This document shows, in pieces, positions 37,041-51,165 of a stretch of 64,000 nucleotides of DNA. The stretch comes from Vicugna vicugna (taxonomy: Eukaryota), in NCBI GenBank assembly GCA_013265495.1, contig MU061579.1, positions 2,849,319 to 2,913,318 of the forward strand, in the 5' to 3' direction. The notes beneath the pieces were generated by a model. That model was not told the DNA's origin and did no database searches. It saw only the letters and a list, made by a program, of their open reading frames with translations. Every line of letters starts with the position of its first letter. Within the stretch, counting starts at the first letter, position 1. The position numbers and the translations under genes were made by a program.

Positions 37041-39159
37041 AAGCCAGGTTATTCCCCATTTTAAAACATTACTATTGTAATGGGCCCAGTTTGGAATCTT
37101 TATTATGATTTTGTTACTGAGATGTTCCAATTGGTACAATGAGGGAAAAAAAAGAGGAGCAAGACACCCCACAGTTTTATTTTACTTTTATTATTTGTTT
37201 TTATGAAGCCTGAGAGAAGTAATAGTGAGATATTGAGAGCAGTGCCCTGATCATTCCATCACTGGTATAAAGAAGAAACAGCTTCTACAGCACGAGCCAT
37301 ACCAAAAATTATTAAGGGAGTCCCTGAACCTGTACAAGAGATTAAGCTTGAATATCAAAAGTTACTCTCAGTTACCACCAAGATGCAGCAGGGAACACAG
37401 CTGACTGATTACATGGTCACATAGTAGGAACTCCTCTGTCATAAGAACCCAGTTATAAAAACTGACAGAAACATGGTTTTTTAATTGAGGAAGGTGCAGC
37501 TGAATTAGAAAAGGCAATTAAGTTCCAAAATAAAAGTACACATTTGCTAAAGAATGCTAGTCAGCAGTTTGAACTCAAAATTTACATGAGGTGGAAACTG
37601 ACAGCAACTCTGTGAAGTGACAAAACCTCTAAGCAGGTGTAAACCGTGTGTCACAAGCCTCCAGACTTCTCTGGCAAGCATGTTTCTGCGGGACCGTGCA
37701 GTTTTACCAGCGGCACTGGAAGAGGTTGCAGATGCCATCTTAAGTGAAAGAAAAAGACAGACTTCGGCTTTTCTAAAAATAATTTGAAGGAAGTATATAC
37801 TGCAGAGATTTTTCCCCTCCCATCCCCCTGTCCCTCCTGCTTTTGAAAGAGGAAAATTTATACATTATGAAGACATTTTCGGAACAAGTCTCTAAAGATG
37901 TTTGGTTTTGTAGCATAGATTTAAAATATTTAGTGTATTGGTTTATTTTCTCTTAACTGAGTGACAGGAGAAATTAATACTTGCGTATTTACACTTGGAA
38001 CTCAGGAATACTTTTTGCACCTCAGTACTCTTTTAGACTCCGAATAGTCTAGGAAAACTACAATTTTGTGATTCCCTATGAACACTGAAGGCTCAGAAAG
38101 TATCTCTATTTTGCCCACATTCACCACTGCATCCACGGTCCTTTATAACACTAGCAACATTTCAGCCATATGCTCATTCTGACTGAAGAACACTTCATAA
38201 AACATCATACACATAAACATCATAGTAACAATGCAAAATTAAAAAATTTAAATTAAAATTTTCCTGAAGCTTTCAACTTTTAAACATAAATGGTGTGTAT
38301 TTCAGACCTCATTAATTTCAAATATTTTCAAAGATGAAAATCGCAATAATACGGTAAACATCCTTTGAGGTTAAAAGAACGTTAGATGGTATCACTTCTA
38401 CCATTCCTGGCTGCTGTCTTCTACCAATCAGTACATTGCTTCTATGTTTACTTAAAATTCTTTGGCACCTGGCCTTATGAGCTCCCCCATTACCTTAATT
38501 CTTACCGTCATCTTAGACAACATTAAGACATTTTTTAAATTTTTTCTTAATCTAGATTTATCTATTTTACCTTTAAAAATTGAGCTCTGCGCATCAAAGC
38601 TGGTGATGACAGTTTTCCATTTCCCTCCTTGCCTCGTGTGTTATTCCTAGAAGACTGTGTCTTTGGCATCAGTGGGAATTTCTTTACCTTGGCTTCTTTA
38701 CTTTATCCTTTTTCTGAGTTCTTCCAAGCTTTACCTTGGTCTTTATTAATCCTGGACACTTTGATCACTCCCTTGTTTATCCCTCAAGTTCTTTGCTCTG
38801 TGGTTTTGATCACAATCAGCCCACAGAAATTTTGTTCAGGATTCATTTTCCTGCACTCTCTCCTCCTGTATTTGACATCCTAACGCAGCCAGCACAAAAT
38901 AATCATATAACCTCGAATTTTGCTAATAGAAGAAATCCATCATTTCCTGTCTTATCTGAGCCGTAAAAGCTTTTAAGGAATTGTTTCATTTTCTCCCACT
39001 CACCTGCCTCTCTTGTTCTTCACAAAGCAATTTCAAACCTTCCCCACTCTCCTCAAATTCCTTGTCCCATCAAAACAAGCTTGATCTCCGTAATAATATC
39101 ACTACAGTTTTCTAGGTACTCAGTGCCCTGAACAATCTACTAAACCCTCTACAGACATC

Positions 39160-39310
39160 ACCGCGTTTTAACCTCTCAATAGGCTGCTGAAGAGGTTTTA
39201 ATATTATCATTTTACTGAGAGTAAACTAAAGAGTAACGTCGAGGTTCTGTAATGAATAATAGTTGAATCTTGAATTTGAACTTGCAACCTCATGATCTTA
39301 AATGCCACTT
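39160..39310 (-). mobile_element. MIR fragment
   Basis: TTTAACCTCTCA...ATTATCATTTTACTGAGAGTAAACTAAAG...GAATTTGAAC. Confidence 0.5.
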
Positions 39311-39822
39311 CAGCAAAACAAAGAAACAAACAAGAGTGCCCCTTTCTTTAGTGAGAATTGAGAATCCATTAGATGAGAACTTCTGTGTTAAATGCATTTG
39401 GTTGTTTCTGTTTTGCATTTTCTCCTGATATTGTCAAAGTTGTTCTGCTTCCTGAGTTTATGAGCCCCTAATCTTTTCCTCTTCTGTCTATGCAGATGCT
39501 TCTCTTTTGTACAGTCCATTTTCTCTTCTATGGCTTCAAATCCCACCCCCATCCTCTCTATGACATCAAACAATAATGATGTGAATACTAATAATCAAGT
39601 TCTATGTTAAAACGTCAAAAGAAAATGATCACTCTTTAAATACTATTCTAGGGATCTGGTCCTTACATAGTGAAGTTTTAAAGGGTGATTTATAGTCAAT
39701 ATCCACTCCCCCTTCCATTCCTTTCCCTGTTTTATATGGTAAAATTGAGTTCCACTTATTTTTCACTAAAATGGTTTCCACCTGGTCACCAAAAAACTTA
39801 CTGGAGAATCCCACATAAACCA

Positions 39823-40276
39823 CAGAACTTCCTCCAATCATGATGGGGTTACATCCTGAAAAAACAATCATATATTCAAAATATTGTAAATTGAAAATGC
39901 ATTTAATACACACTAACCTACCAAGCATCAGAGCTTAGCCTAGCCTGCCATAAAAGTGCTCAGAGCCTGCCAACGGGCAAAGTTATCTTAACACAAAGCC
40001 TACTTTATAATAGTGTTGAATATCTTATGTAATTTGTTGAATACTGTACTAAAAGTGAAAAACAGAATGGTTGATGGGTACAGAATGGTTATTAAGTGTT
40101 CCCATTGTTTACTCTCATGATTGCTTGGCTGTCTGGGAGCTGCAGCAGCATTACCAGAGGGTATCACTAGCCCAGGAAAAGATCAAAATCCAAAATTCGA
40201 AGTATGATTTCCACTAAATGTGTATCGCTTTCACACCATTGTAAAGTAGATAAATAGTAAGTCAAAGCCCATCTAT
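39823..40276 (+). mobile_element. Tigger5/MER47-family TcMar DNA transposon
   Basis: GATGGGGTTACATCCTGA...GAAAATGCATTTAATACAC...GCTTAGCCTAGCCT...AAAGTGAAAAACAGAATGGTTG...GGAAAAGATCAAAATCCAAAATTCGAAGTA...TATCGCTTTCACACCATTGTAAAGT. Confidence 0.85.
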
Positions 40277-40311
40277 ATTTCTTCATGTTTCTTAAGTACC
40301 TTGGAATATCC

Positions 40312-40880
40312 CCATGCTAGTTTTATATGGCTGTGTAACAAATTACAAAAAACTTAGTAACATACTTTTTTTTATCTTAAAGCAACATTCGTTATTATTT
40401 CACAGTTCTGTAGGTCATGAAACTGGGCATGGAATCTCTAAGTTCTCCAGTCAAGGTCTCACAACACTGAAATCAAAGTGTTGGCCAGACTGCGTTCTCA
40501 TCTAGAGCTCAGGGTCCGCTTCCAATGTCATCCAAGTTGAAGAGCAGAGGTGCGTGTTTTCCTACTGGATAATGACTGGAGGTTGTTCTCTGTTCCTAGA
40601 GGAAGCACTTACGTCCTAGACATGGGCCTTTCTCTTAAAATAGTATCTTTCTTCTTCAAAGCCAGCAGGAGAATCTGCCTCTAGTTTGTTATAGAAATAT
40701 CTTAGTAAATAATCACAAATAATGATTACATTTGCCCTAAAGTTAATCTAGCCAGGGAGAGAGGCTACCCCGTCACATTCCTAGGTAGTATCCACATTCA
40801 AGAGGAGGAGGTCCAACTGGGAGGGCATTTATATAACCAGCTAGGAATCCTGGGGGCCAGTTTAGAATTCTACTTACCAC
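40312..40880 (-). mobile_element. MaLR solo LTR, MLT1E-like
   Basis: GCTGTGTAACAAATTAC...CACAGTTCTGTAGGTCATGAAACTGGGCATGG...TTCTTCAAAGCCAGCAGGAGAATCT...TTTAGAATTCTACTTACCACA; homologous to 5354-5898. Confidence 0.85.
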
Positions 40881-40889
40881 AGTTTCCTC

Positions 40890-42365
40890 TTTGAAATGTT
40901 CTCATTCTTCGTTTCCTCTGACAGCACACTTACATAGTTTTTTCTTTTTATTTCAAACTTGTCTTCCAGATATTGTTTTTCATGACTTGACCTTAAAATA
41001 TTTAATATAATCCACTCCCAAGCTGTAGTCTCCCATCGTAATCTGATGCCACTAAAATGTGTATCTCCTTTCATGAACCCTCTTGTTCTTCAAATTCAAG
41101 CATCTAACTACTTATTCTCCATTGCCACCCCAACCTGGTTGACCAAAGCAGTATCGACTTATAGAATTAATTCATTATTATCTCCTTCTCGTCCCTAACT
41201 CAAATACACACACACAGTCTCTTCTTCAGTGGCTAGCACTTTTAGTGAATAAAATAAAAACAGCATTCAAATAGTAGCCCATAGGTACTGGAAGTCTGCT
41301 ACATTCTTTGATTGCTCTTTGCCCAGCGTGCCGAATCAATCATGAAATATTTCCACATCTTTAATAACTCTCTTGTCTATCCAATTATAACCACCAATAT
41401 ATTTTATCCAACTATACAAAAATCTTTTTTTCTCTAGATTGATTCCAAGAACAATATTCCTAATTGTTCAGACTCTTCCTTTTAAAACTCTTCAATACTC
41501 TCTTTTTCTGATCTCAGAGAGAAACCTAAACTCCTTGGAATGGCATTTAAAGACCCTTCAAGGCTTAGATCCTGTTTAGATCTCTAGTCTCAAAATTAAA
41601 CCTTTCTTAACACTTAGAAATTTTGCTCCAAGTCTACTAAATTACTTGTAAATATATTAACCTTTCTTTCCTGTGCTTGCAGACCGCAACTTTGATCATG
41701 CTATTGCCTTGATTAACAGGAACATTGCTGAACATTCTATGTCTTTTTTGGCTGGCTGACTCATTCTGGAGTCACAACTTGGACTTCAGCTTTGATGGGG
41801 AGCCTATTCTTACCATTCTTTAATAAACATGGTTAGAAATCTGTCTTACATGCTTATCCTTAATAAATGACATCATTTTTATTAAAATCATTCATTTTAC
41901 TTATGGTCTCAATAGAAATAATTATATTGAACAATCATACACTAAGTGAATGAATCTTAAAGAATGAGTAAGCAAGAGATAGGGTAAGAAGATGTATATA
42001 CAGGGAAATAGAACAACATTATTAAAGTCACAAATATAGTGTCCTTGGGATACACAAGTAGTCAGTAATGTAGAGTATGAATTATAAAGATCAGACGGTA
42101 TTTAGGAGTACTGAAGAGTGAGCTCACAGTGAAGAGTCATTAATACCTCTTCTTAATCTTGTAGTCCGTGAGGAGCCACTGAAAGTTTGTAAGCATCAAC
42201 AGGCCATATCCATCCTTTCCTGTTAAATCTATTATAAAGACCAGGTGAAAGAAATATAGATCAGGGGTGGCAATCCTGTAGGAAGACAGATTAGGGGACT
42301 TTGATGCAATCAAGGGGAGTGAAGATTTGAGCATAAAAACATAAGACTGGAGAGGAAACAACAGA
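40890..42365. mobile_element. L2 fragments (sense ~40890-41950, antisense ~41950-42365)
   Basis: AAACCTAAACTCCTTGGAATGGCATTTAAAGACCCTTCA is a sense word; GTGAGGAGCCACTGAAAGTTTGTAAGCA and GACAGATTAGGGGACT are antisense words. Confidence 0.55.
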
Positions 42366-42821
42366 CTGGAAGAATAGGAGATTAAAAGTTAAAATGCTAA
42401 TAGGCGAATGTTTATTTCATCCTATTATTTGAACAAAATTTCATGTGCACATACATGCATTCAAGAAATAGCTCAGAGATATTCTCCATATTCCTCCAAT
42501 ACTTAATCAATCAATTTGAAAACTCCTTCATAACAGGAATCATTATTTTTCCTAACCTGCATAACATCGGTGGACCTTGAGTTTTAGTCACACACACATA
42601 CAAATACACATATACCCAAAGCTCTGCTGAATCTTTATGTGTCAAGTAGTAGTATACTTGTGTCTAATTACCTTTAATTACCAGTAAATCACACCCTTTT
42701 ATTTTTCATGCATAGTGTAATTTCAGTTTTTGAAAATTCTGTCAAGATTGTGTATTTGAGCTACACCATCAGGGTTCTTCTTGAGGTTATCTTCTTGTCT
42801 TAATATTTACACCACCCGAGC

Positions 42822-43028
42822 CAGGACTGCCAAATAGAACTCTCTATAATGATGGTTATGTTCTATATCCGTTCCATTTAAATATGGTAGATATTAACTA
42901 CATATGACTGTTGAGCCTTTGGAGTGTGGTTAATATATCTGAGGTACTGAATTTTTAATTTGTTTGATTTTAATTAATTTAAGATTAAACAGCCACACAT
43001 CATTAGTGGTTACATATTGGACAGCACA
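42822..43028 (+). mobile_element. MER3-like hAT-Charlie MITE
   Basis: AATAGAACTCTCTATAATGATGG...TGAGGTACTGAATTTTTAATTT...TTTTAATTAATTTAA...AGCCACA...TATTGGACAGCAC; ~205 bp. Confidence 0.8.
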
Positions 43029-43221
43029 CAGCTCAGCTTTTAAGCCCCAGACTTCTTACAGCTGGAAATCATTGGAAGTTGGGTTGCTGTAATTGGATTC
43101 AGCTGGACTAAAATTAAAAATACATTTATCAACACTCCTTTGCATGCTCAACATTGTGCATACAGCTGCAAAACAAAGATGAAAGCACTGAAACTCTCAG
43201 GCTCTATCTTTAAGGAACTGT

Positions 43222-43426
43222 GCACCACAGCTTGTGGCCAAATCCTGTCTGCCACCTGCTAGTGCAAATATGATATTGCTAGAACAGAACCACACCCTTC
43301 CTTACTTATTGTCTATGGATGCTTTTGGGCTACGATAGCAGATTTCATTAGTTGCAACTTAGATTGTATGACCATCAAAGCCTAAAATGTTTACATTCTG
43401 GCCTGTTACGGAGACAGTTTGCTGGG
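43222..43426 (-). mobile_element. MER58-like hAT MITE, inside an L2 remnant (~43110-43600)
   Basis: GTGGCCAAATCC...TATTGTCTATGGATGCTTTTG...AAAGCCTAAAATGTTTACATTCTGGCC...AGTTTGCTG is a reverse-complement homologue of 2641-2864. Confidence 0.8.
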
Positions 43427-44421
43427 TGTGATTTGGTGGGTCACAGGTACGAAAACAGGTATTTACAACAGAGTGAAACAAATTTAACAACAGAAATGGG
43501 CAAATAATACAGAGGCACTAGGGCCATGCATGATTGACTCTGGCTAAGTTGTTCAGGAAAGGAATCAGGGACAAGGGATGGCTGAGTTAATTCTGATTGA
43601 TGATAGGACTTTTTCAGAACAGAGAGTAAAGGCAGTGTTTGACGAGTCTCTTTGTATTTAGTGAATGAGGAATAAAATAATCTTACCATTTATAAATAAA
43701 AAAATAAATCTCATTTTTAAAAATTTTTCCTCACAACTGCTATTTAATTTAACATTAAGTTGAGCTTTAAAAAATTTTACACTGGAAAATGCTTAAAACT
43801 TTTAAGACATGTATACCTCCAGTTAGTATCACCTAATGAAAAAAACAAAATTTTTTATCTTCATTTATATATTTTTTAGAGTTAAAATTGAGCAGTAATT
43901 TTTAACACTCAATATTCAAAAAGAAAGACTTTCTAATAGCACACGATAATTATTCTCTTATGGTGAGTGAAGGAGTTCATGGATATAGGTACTCCACTGA
44001 AAATATATATTTTTTATATCATTGCCTAAAATTTGGAGAGGATCCACAGGGAGATACTTATGACTTAAGCAGAAAAAGGGTATTATAATTTCAGAACCTG
44101 GGCTACACAGAACTTTCTAGCCTAAAACAAGCATATTGAGTACCTCTAAATTTGAAGCATGAAGGACCCAATGTCAATATTGTACTAGAGATTTAAATAT
44201 TAGCAAAAGTTAGACTCCATCTTTTAAAGAAAATGAAATTTCACGTGATCAGAATTATTCGCCTACATTTTTATGAGCCTGTAGGAGGTTATTTGCTTTT
44301 CTTTGCAGCAGATATTGTCCATTTCTACCATCGGGGGCATAGCTCTGTGGTTTGGGTGGAGCAGTGAGGGTGATCACATTTCCTGTCCACAGCCATTGGT
44401 TCAGATAATCTCAATTTAATC

Positions 44422-44550
44422 TTTTTTGGGTTTTTTTATGGGGCGGGTAATTAGGTTATTTATTTATTTTTAGTGGAGATTCCAGCAATTGAGCCCCAGG
44501 CCCCATGCATGCTCAGCATGCCCTCTACCACTTGAGCTATACTCTACCCC
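44422..44550 (-). mobile_element. tRNA-derived SINE, camelid-type, with 13-bp TSD, inserted in an old MLT1-like LTR (~44280-44720)
   Basis: The minus strand reads GGGGTAGAGTATAGCTCAAGTGGTAGAG...GGGCTCAATTGC...AAATAAATAACCTAATTACCCGCCCC. TSD TCAATTTAATCTT (44411-44423) / TCAATTTAACCTT (44552-44564). Confidence 0.9.
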
Positions 44551-47500
44551 TTCAATTTAACCTTCCCTGCATGTAAGCATTACCTGAAGATAGATATTCC
44601 TGAAAGATGGCTCAGCCAATGAAAACTCAAAATAGTTTTTAGTGGTTGTGACGGAGAACACTTTCTCTTCCTACCAACGTGAAAGAAGCGTGTTACTGTT
44701 TGGTGAATGTGAGAGAAGGCAGCCCAAAAATGAAGCCAACGGGTGCAAAGAAACATAAGGCCAACAGGAGAACATCTGTGTATCAGTGATTGTAGAGAAA
44801 ATAACAAAAGTAGAAGAGGAATACTGAAGTGAAAATCAAGTCCCCTCAATGAAAAAGACTTTACTAATTCAATGTCTTAAGTAAAACTAGGTTAATGACT
44901 GGAGGGAAATGCTGTAATTTCTAGGTGCAAATAAGAAATATCCAATAACTGTTTGCACCGGGACTTTCAAAGCATGATTTCCTTAGGAAGATAGTGCCGT
45001 GTCTCTAAGAGTTTATTTAGAGTATTAAATAATTTAGAATTACATGGCTTAACTGCTAAAGTCAAGTGTGTGTAAAAATACCTTTTAATTTCCTACCCCA
45101 TCAATACTGTTTTCATCTACATACATCAAAAATTGCCTTTATAATGTCATATTTTAAACTGTATCTTTATTAGCATTATAATCATTGCCATCATTATTTG
45201 ATTTGACTTTTCAGAACATTGTTATTGGACAAATTGTGGAATTTTACTCATAGCATAGGTTGAAGATTAAGTGTAAAGTTATCAAATAACAGGTATATAG
45301 CTAATATTTACTTCTAAATGTTTTACTCTGTATATAGAGGATCAGTGTGTCATGAAAAGAATGTTGCATACACTGACAACATCAACACTTTTTTTCTGGA
45401 TATAACAGGGAAACATTAAATATGAAGCAAAATCAGCATTCTTGAAAGTTGTGAAAAGAAGTATTTTATTTACAACTATCAAGAGAGTGATCATGAGAGA
45501 AAACCTACTCGCATATCATGAATGACTCATATGCACTGTTAACTTAGTTGCATTTTTAAATAATTTTATTTAGGATAATTACATCTATATTTGCATGTGA
45601 TATTGATTATAAACATATTTTTAAAGTGACTTTTTGTGGATTGATAATCACACAAAGCTTGCTGCCCAAAGGTTGGTGATCTAAATTGAAAAAGAAACAG
45701 TAGACATGCTCTGTTCTTGGATTCTCAATGCATAGACATGTTCTCGAAAGTCCTGCAGTAAAGAAAACTGTTAAACTTCATTTAATACAAACTTGCTTGA
45801 ACTTATCTGGTTAATAAAACCTTGTGTATTCCCTAAAGAACACTAATATGTATAACCTGGAACTATTATTGCACAAAATAGAAATTGGGACATGTTTTCC
45901 TCATGTTTGGTTGGTTATTTTAGCCATTTCACTTTGAATACAAATATTTTCAATCCCTTGGTTCGATTTTTCCTTTGAGGCCTGTTGATCCAGTTAGTTC
46001 CACCATAAATACTAATTTTCTTAACTTAATCTAGCCTCAGTGGTAGGTTTGCTTTTCTTGGCTTAGGATACACACTACTGCATTAAACAAAGGTTTCTAT
46101 CTGTGTAAGGTAGCAATGCCCTCTGAATTCCAAGATAGTTATTAAATGCCAAAATTTTTAAAAGGTTAGAGGATGCTAGATCAATTCTTTTGATTTTGAC
46201 TAATATTTGCACATGGATTTTTGCTTAAGTGGATTTTCCCTACGTATTAAAGCTTATACTTTGATATAAAAGGTAGTTGTAAATATATATGAATCTATTC
46301 TTAGGTATATGTGTATGTGTTTGTATATATATATATTTTTTTTTAAGTATTCCAAAATGTCTCCAACCAATGGAAATTTCTTACATAATGTTTGCATTGT
46401 TGCCCTGAATTCCATCACACTCATCCTAGTCTAACATGAATATTGAGATAGGAAGAAGCATCTCTGTGGAAATCAGACTGGATAGATTTAAATGATTTGA
46501 GAATGTAATGCTGAATGTCAGAATCAGATTATACCAAAGTCTTGAAATTCTAAAGCATGGTTTCCTTAGTAAGATGGTGTCAGTGTAATGAATATCATAT
46601 TATGGTCTTCATTCTGTAGCTACACATGACAAAACATTTTCACTCAGAAAATGTCATGCACATTTAGAAAGAAGATTGATAAATTCCATCACATGAAGCC
46701 TTTTTTTGGAAAACAAGGCTGAAGAGCTGCCTAGATCCTCATTGCAAAGTAAAACAGCTTGCTTATTGGGAAGAAAATCAAAACAATGATACACCATGTG
46801 ACATACAATAATCAAAAATGCATATGACTAAATAAATAATTATATATTATAGTTCTGTTCAATAATTAAGGTTAATAAAAAATAATATTTTTTTCTACTG
46901 ACACTCTTGTATTCATTGCCCTTGAATTCCACTTTACAAAGTATATAAACTTGTGCAGTGTTAAAGAAACACTGTAAAAATAGTCCATCAAAAGAAAATA
47001 TTAACTTCTTGCCCTGCAGCTTTTGTGAGGATTAAGAAAACTGTTAATACATCAAGGTTGGGTTTACGGTAACTCATTCTCCTCTTTTTCTCCCTTTCTT
47101 TACTATTGGTCTATCCAGATAAGTCTAGAGTTCTTTTTATATTGCCAACGTAGGTTTTGCAAACTTCTAGGAAACTTGCAAACTCAGTTCCAATCCTTTA
47201 TTCTTGCTTTCCTTAATTACTTTGCTGCAGAGTAAAAGAGTGTGTTCAGTCTATTTTTATGTAATAACAGTACATAATACTACATTGGTTTGAGATATTT
47301 TTATTAGCTGTACATCAAAAAGGAAATATTTGATAAGATTATATAGAAATCACTTATGTCTACACTGATGTTCTAAAAATAGTATTTTTAAAAAGAAGTA
47401 TATCATTATGCTTACATTCTGAATGCATTTTTAAATCTGTTCATTTCCATCTCATTATCTTCACCTAGATTCTGTGGTAGATGCTCTAGTCAAGATGAAG

Positions 47501-49259
47501 GCTGACATCTTATCTTAACCATGTGGTCTTTTCTCACATTTGAAGGGTTTTCACCATATTTTATAATGATGAAGTGCTAGATTTTCAGAAATATATCTTA
47601 TGGATGTCAGTTACCATGTTAATGGATGAAAAGTGTTTCAGATACCATATGAAGGGAAGCATTGGTCTATACAGACTTAATGTGTGATTGTTGAAATTCT
47701 ATGATAGATGGTTTTTTTTTCAAAATCACATTTTTAGCTTTAAGTTGAAACATACAAAACTTCAACTAAATAAAATAACACATTATCTCATACATGTGCT
47801 ATTAGTTACCATTGTAATTGTAGTCATGGATTTAAGTTAATACAACTATACAATATTAGCAGGAAGGAGGCATTATTTATTTATTAAGCTTTTGGTTTAA
47901 GGTATTTGAAGAAGAGATCTGAAACAGTTACATAACTCAAGTTTGCCCAAAATTTTCTTGACCTTTGTTAATTTCAAGTCTTTTAATGAATCATTGAATA
48001 TCTCCACAATTTCTTTTCCTAGTGACTAGTGATTTTTTTTAAAAAAATTCTCTTTCCAGAGTGGAACCCAATCACCTGGGAAACGTTTTAGTCTTAACTT
48101 GATGTGTACTACATCACTGAATCATATTTAGCCAACTTTTTGGTAGTATTAATTGACACAAATCTTAATCCATTATCTACAGAAAATTTGATTCTGTCCA
48201 AATAGGACATTAAAAATGAAACGTATGTGAATACATCTAACACAAACTCCTTGTTTTACTGATTAAGCAACAGAAAGATTAAGGAAAATATTAGTAAATA
48301 AATATACTAGAAGTTATCCCTTTCTCTCTTTAATTCCAATTTAATATGTCTTTGGTAATATTTTTAGTGCTAACAGCTTATATTTTTGAAGATTCCAAAT
48401 TTGTAGTCAGTATCTTTTATCATCATGAATAAACCTTCTAAAACAAAACAACTATGCAAACTGTATATCCAAGCAACAATATGGTGAACATTTCTGAATT
48501 GCCTTAGAAATGAAGACTCATTTCCACTTAGAGATCTCAATTTTTCATATTTGTCAATGATGCTACATTCCATTATTTAAGTGCTGATAACCACTAACTT
48601 AAGGGGAAAAAAGATAAATATTTTTAAAAGCAGGGCTATTATAATATAACTATTTTCTAGCTATTCTTTCTCATAATTTGCTTATATGATTAGATGACCT
48701 TTTATTTCTAATTGCATGAAAGAACTAACCAGAAGTCTTGGGAAATCTTAATCTACTATGGAAGAACAAGTCTAAATATGTGAAGGAATTGTGATAGAAT
48801 TTCTTTCTATGTCCATGTGAAAAGTATAGAAAGAATTCTGTTTTTTAAATTTTCTAGGCAAGTAACAGACCTGAGAGATGAGATGAGGGGTCAGACTAAA
48901 GTAAAAGAAAAATATAGATGAAAATACCAGTCAAATTCGTTTAAGTTCTTTGACCTGGGCAATATTTATATGGTCCAGTTTTATTATTATTTTTCTTGCC
49001 ACAAAGAAGCATCATGAAGTTTGGGCTGCATTTTGCAAAATTGTATTTCATACATTTATATAATAAACATTTTAAATATAAATCAATATTAGACTTGATC
49101 TCACTCTTGGAGGTGATATCACCCAATATTCAATGATCTGTGTATTTTGGTATTATCCTGCTAAATAATAAACCATTATTTAGGATTTTTATAAGGCTTA
49201 CTTATGTACCCAAAGCTTTAATGTAACTTCTATCATAACTATATTTTGAGTAATCAATC

Positions 49260-49372
49260 TTTTCACTAGAGTAACATATTGGTGTGTTAAAATCACACCT
49301 TACTCACCTTTGGATCTCCTAAATCAGCACAGAGCTTGGACATGATAGGTGCCAAATGCATGCTTGTTAAAT
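49260..49372 (+). mobile_element. L2 3' end
   Basis: AGCACAGAGCTTGGACATGATAGGTGCCAAATGCATGCTTGTTAAAT. Confidence 0.55.
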
Positions 49373-50466
49373 TAGATAATGTCATAAACTCTTAACAAGA
49401 AGAAAACCATGGATGTAAATGGTTAAAATTAATCAAGTTTTTGCTTACGAAAAATTCTAATAAGAGATTTTTAAATGTTATTGATCTATACTAAGAAACA
49501 ACATTAAGAGAGAATATTTACATCATGAGACCAGTTACAAGCTCTTTCTTACCTTTCTAGTCTAAGATGGACTCATACTGAATTACAAGCTATAATATGT
49601 TGTGATACAGCAGGAGTCCAGGATCTCATGAGTTCCACATGGTACCTTAATGGATTCTTTACCAATTATCATTCATGGTCATGTGTCAAAATTTTCCAGA
49701 ATGTTGTAAAAATACTGTAGCTTAAAAAATTCTTTACATAGCAAATTTAAGCATCATATCAGTGATTTTAAAGTATGGGGAACAGGAGACTGGACCACAA
49801 TAAACTTGAAATGTTGAACATAATACATAGCATGCATCCAATTTTTTAATCCTGGAATATACTGCTTCTGTTGTGGAAAAAAAATTTGTGGTTTGCTTAG
49901 CAGAGCAAAAAGAGCAATATCAACTGATAGAATATTGTTTAAAAAAAAACACATTCTAGCTGGCTAAAACTTCAAGAACAACATATTACCCAAACTGGTT
50001 TATGACCTAAACAGGAGGATTTAATGGCTCTATATCATGTTTGTGTTTGTTTTTGTGAAAATTGCCCAAGGTTCTGTAGTTATTTCTATTTCTCATTTGA
50101 AATATGACTCCATTCCCCATCAGATGAGGCAAAGGATGCAGAGTTATGCAATGAACCATGCAGTAAATGAAAAAAATATATATATTCTCTGAGATTTAAC
50201 AAAGTTACTGTCTTTTATTTGTCTATATAAATTCATATACTGAAGGTAATAGTATTGAATAAAGATGCAGTGAGTCTCAATGGATTTTTCCCACATGTAA
50301 CAGGAAAGTTTTTGGAATTTTCTAGGCAAAAAACACAAGGCTACTTCATCTTAATTTTTCTTTCTTCTTTTTCCTAAGACCTAAAACCTACCCTAGAAGA
50401 TTGTACTTTGAATTGTTAGCTACAGCAACAGTTTTATGGCAGAGCTACCAGAATTAACATGCAAAT

Positions 50467-50498
50467 TATATATATATTACATATATATATATATATAA
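50467..50498. repeat. Interrupted (TA)n microsatellite
   Basis: Seen directly. Confidence 0.85.
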
Positions 50499-50947
50499 TA
50501 TTTCCTTTAGGAATAATATTTGTTTAATACTTATATCAAATAAATACAAGAAAAAAAGGAGAGAGAGAAAAGAAGAGATCACAGAATCTGCACAATGGAG
50601 CCAGAGAAACAAGGCATAAATACATAAATTAGTGAGACAATATCCCAAAGTTAGGCATGATCAAGAAGGCATTAGAGTGGTGTCCACTCCCAGCATAATG
50701 CTGAATATAAGTCACTGAACTAAAAGCAATGCTATGAACACAGGAATGATAAATTAAACTAAAGGCTAAATGTTGCTTATTTCTGGTTGAGCAATTCATT
50801 CAGGTGAAGGGGACTCTACCTGCACCTGTAGCCTTTCCTTTCTTTACACGAATAAGATATCTAAAGTACTGCAGTATCCTCATTAGATACACACCAAATG
50901 GGCTGGCAGTTACATTTCTTCAGTGCAACTTTAATGAACGTCTTCAA

Positions 50948-51165
50948 CATAGCAGTGTGGCTCAGAGTATCAGTGCCAGATGTATCTGGACCGGAAATTC
51001 ACCTTGGACGCTTCCACAGACTGGCCGTATGACCTTCTTCAGCAGGTTATTTGACCACTAGAAACCTCTGTTTCCACCCCCAAAAAGGGACTTTAATATG
51101 TGTGTCCTAGATTTGAAATCTGTTTTAAATCATATTAACTCTCTAGCAAAGGCCCTGTGAGTACA
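50948..51165 (+). mobile_element. CORE-SINE (MIR/MIR3-like), degenerate
   Basis: CAGTGTGGCTCAGAG...ACTGGCCGTATGACCTT...GTTATTTGACCACT...CCTCTGTTTCCAC...AAAAGGGA resembles a tRNA head plus CORE domain. Confidence 0.55.

Noticed and set aside
5354..40880. Two same-orientation MLT1 LTRs as the ends of one provirus
   Set aside because: They are 35 kb apart and strongly diverged from each other, with no internal retroviral sequence and no shared TSD; independent solo LTRs.
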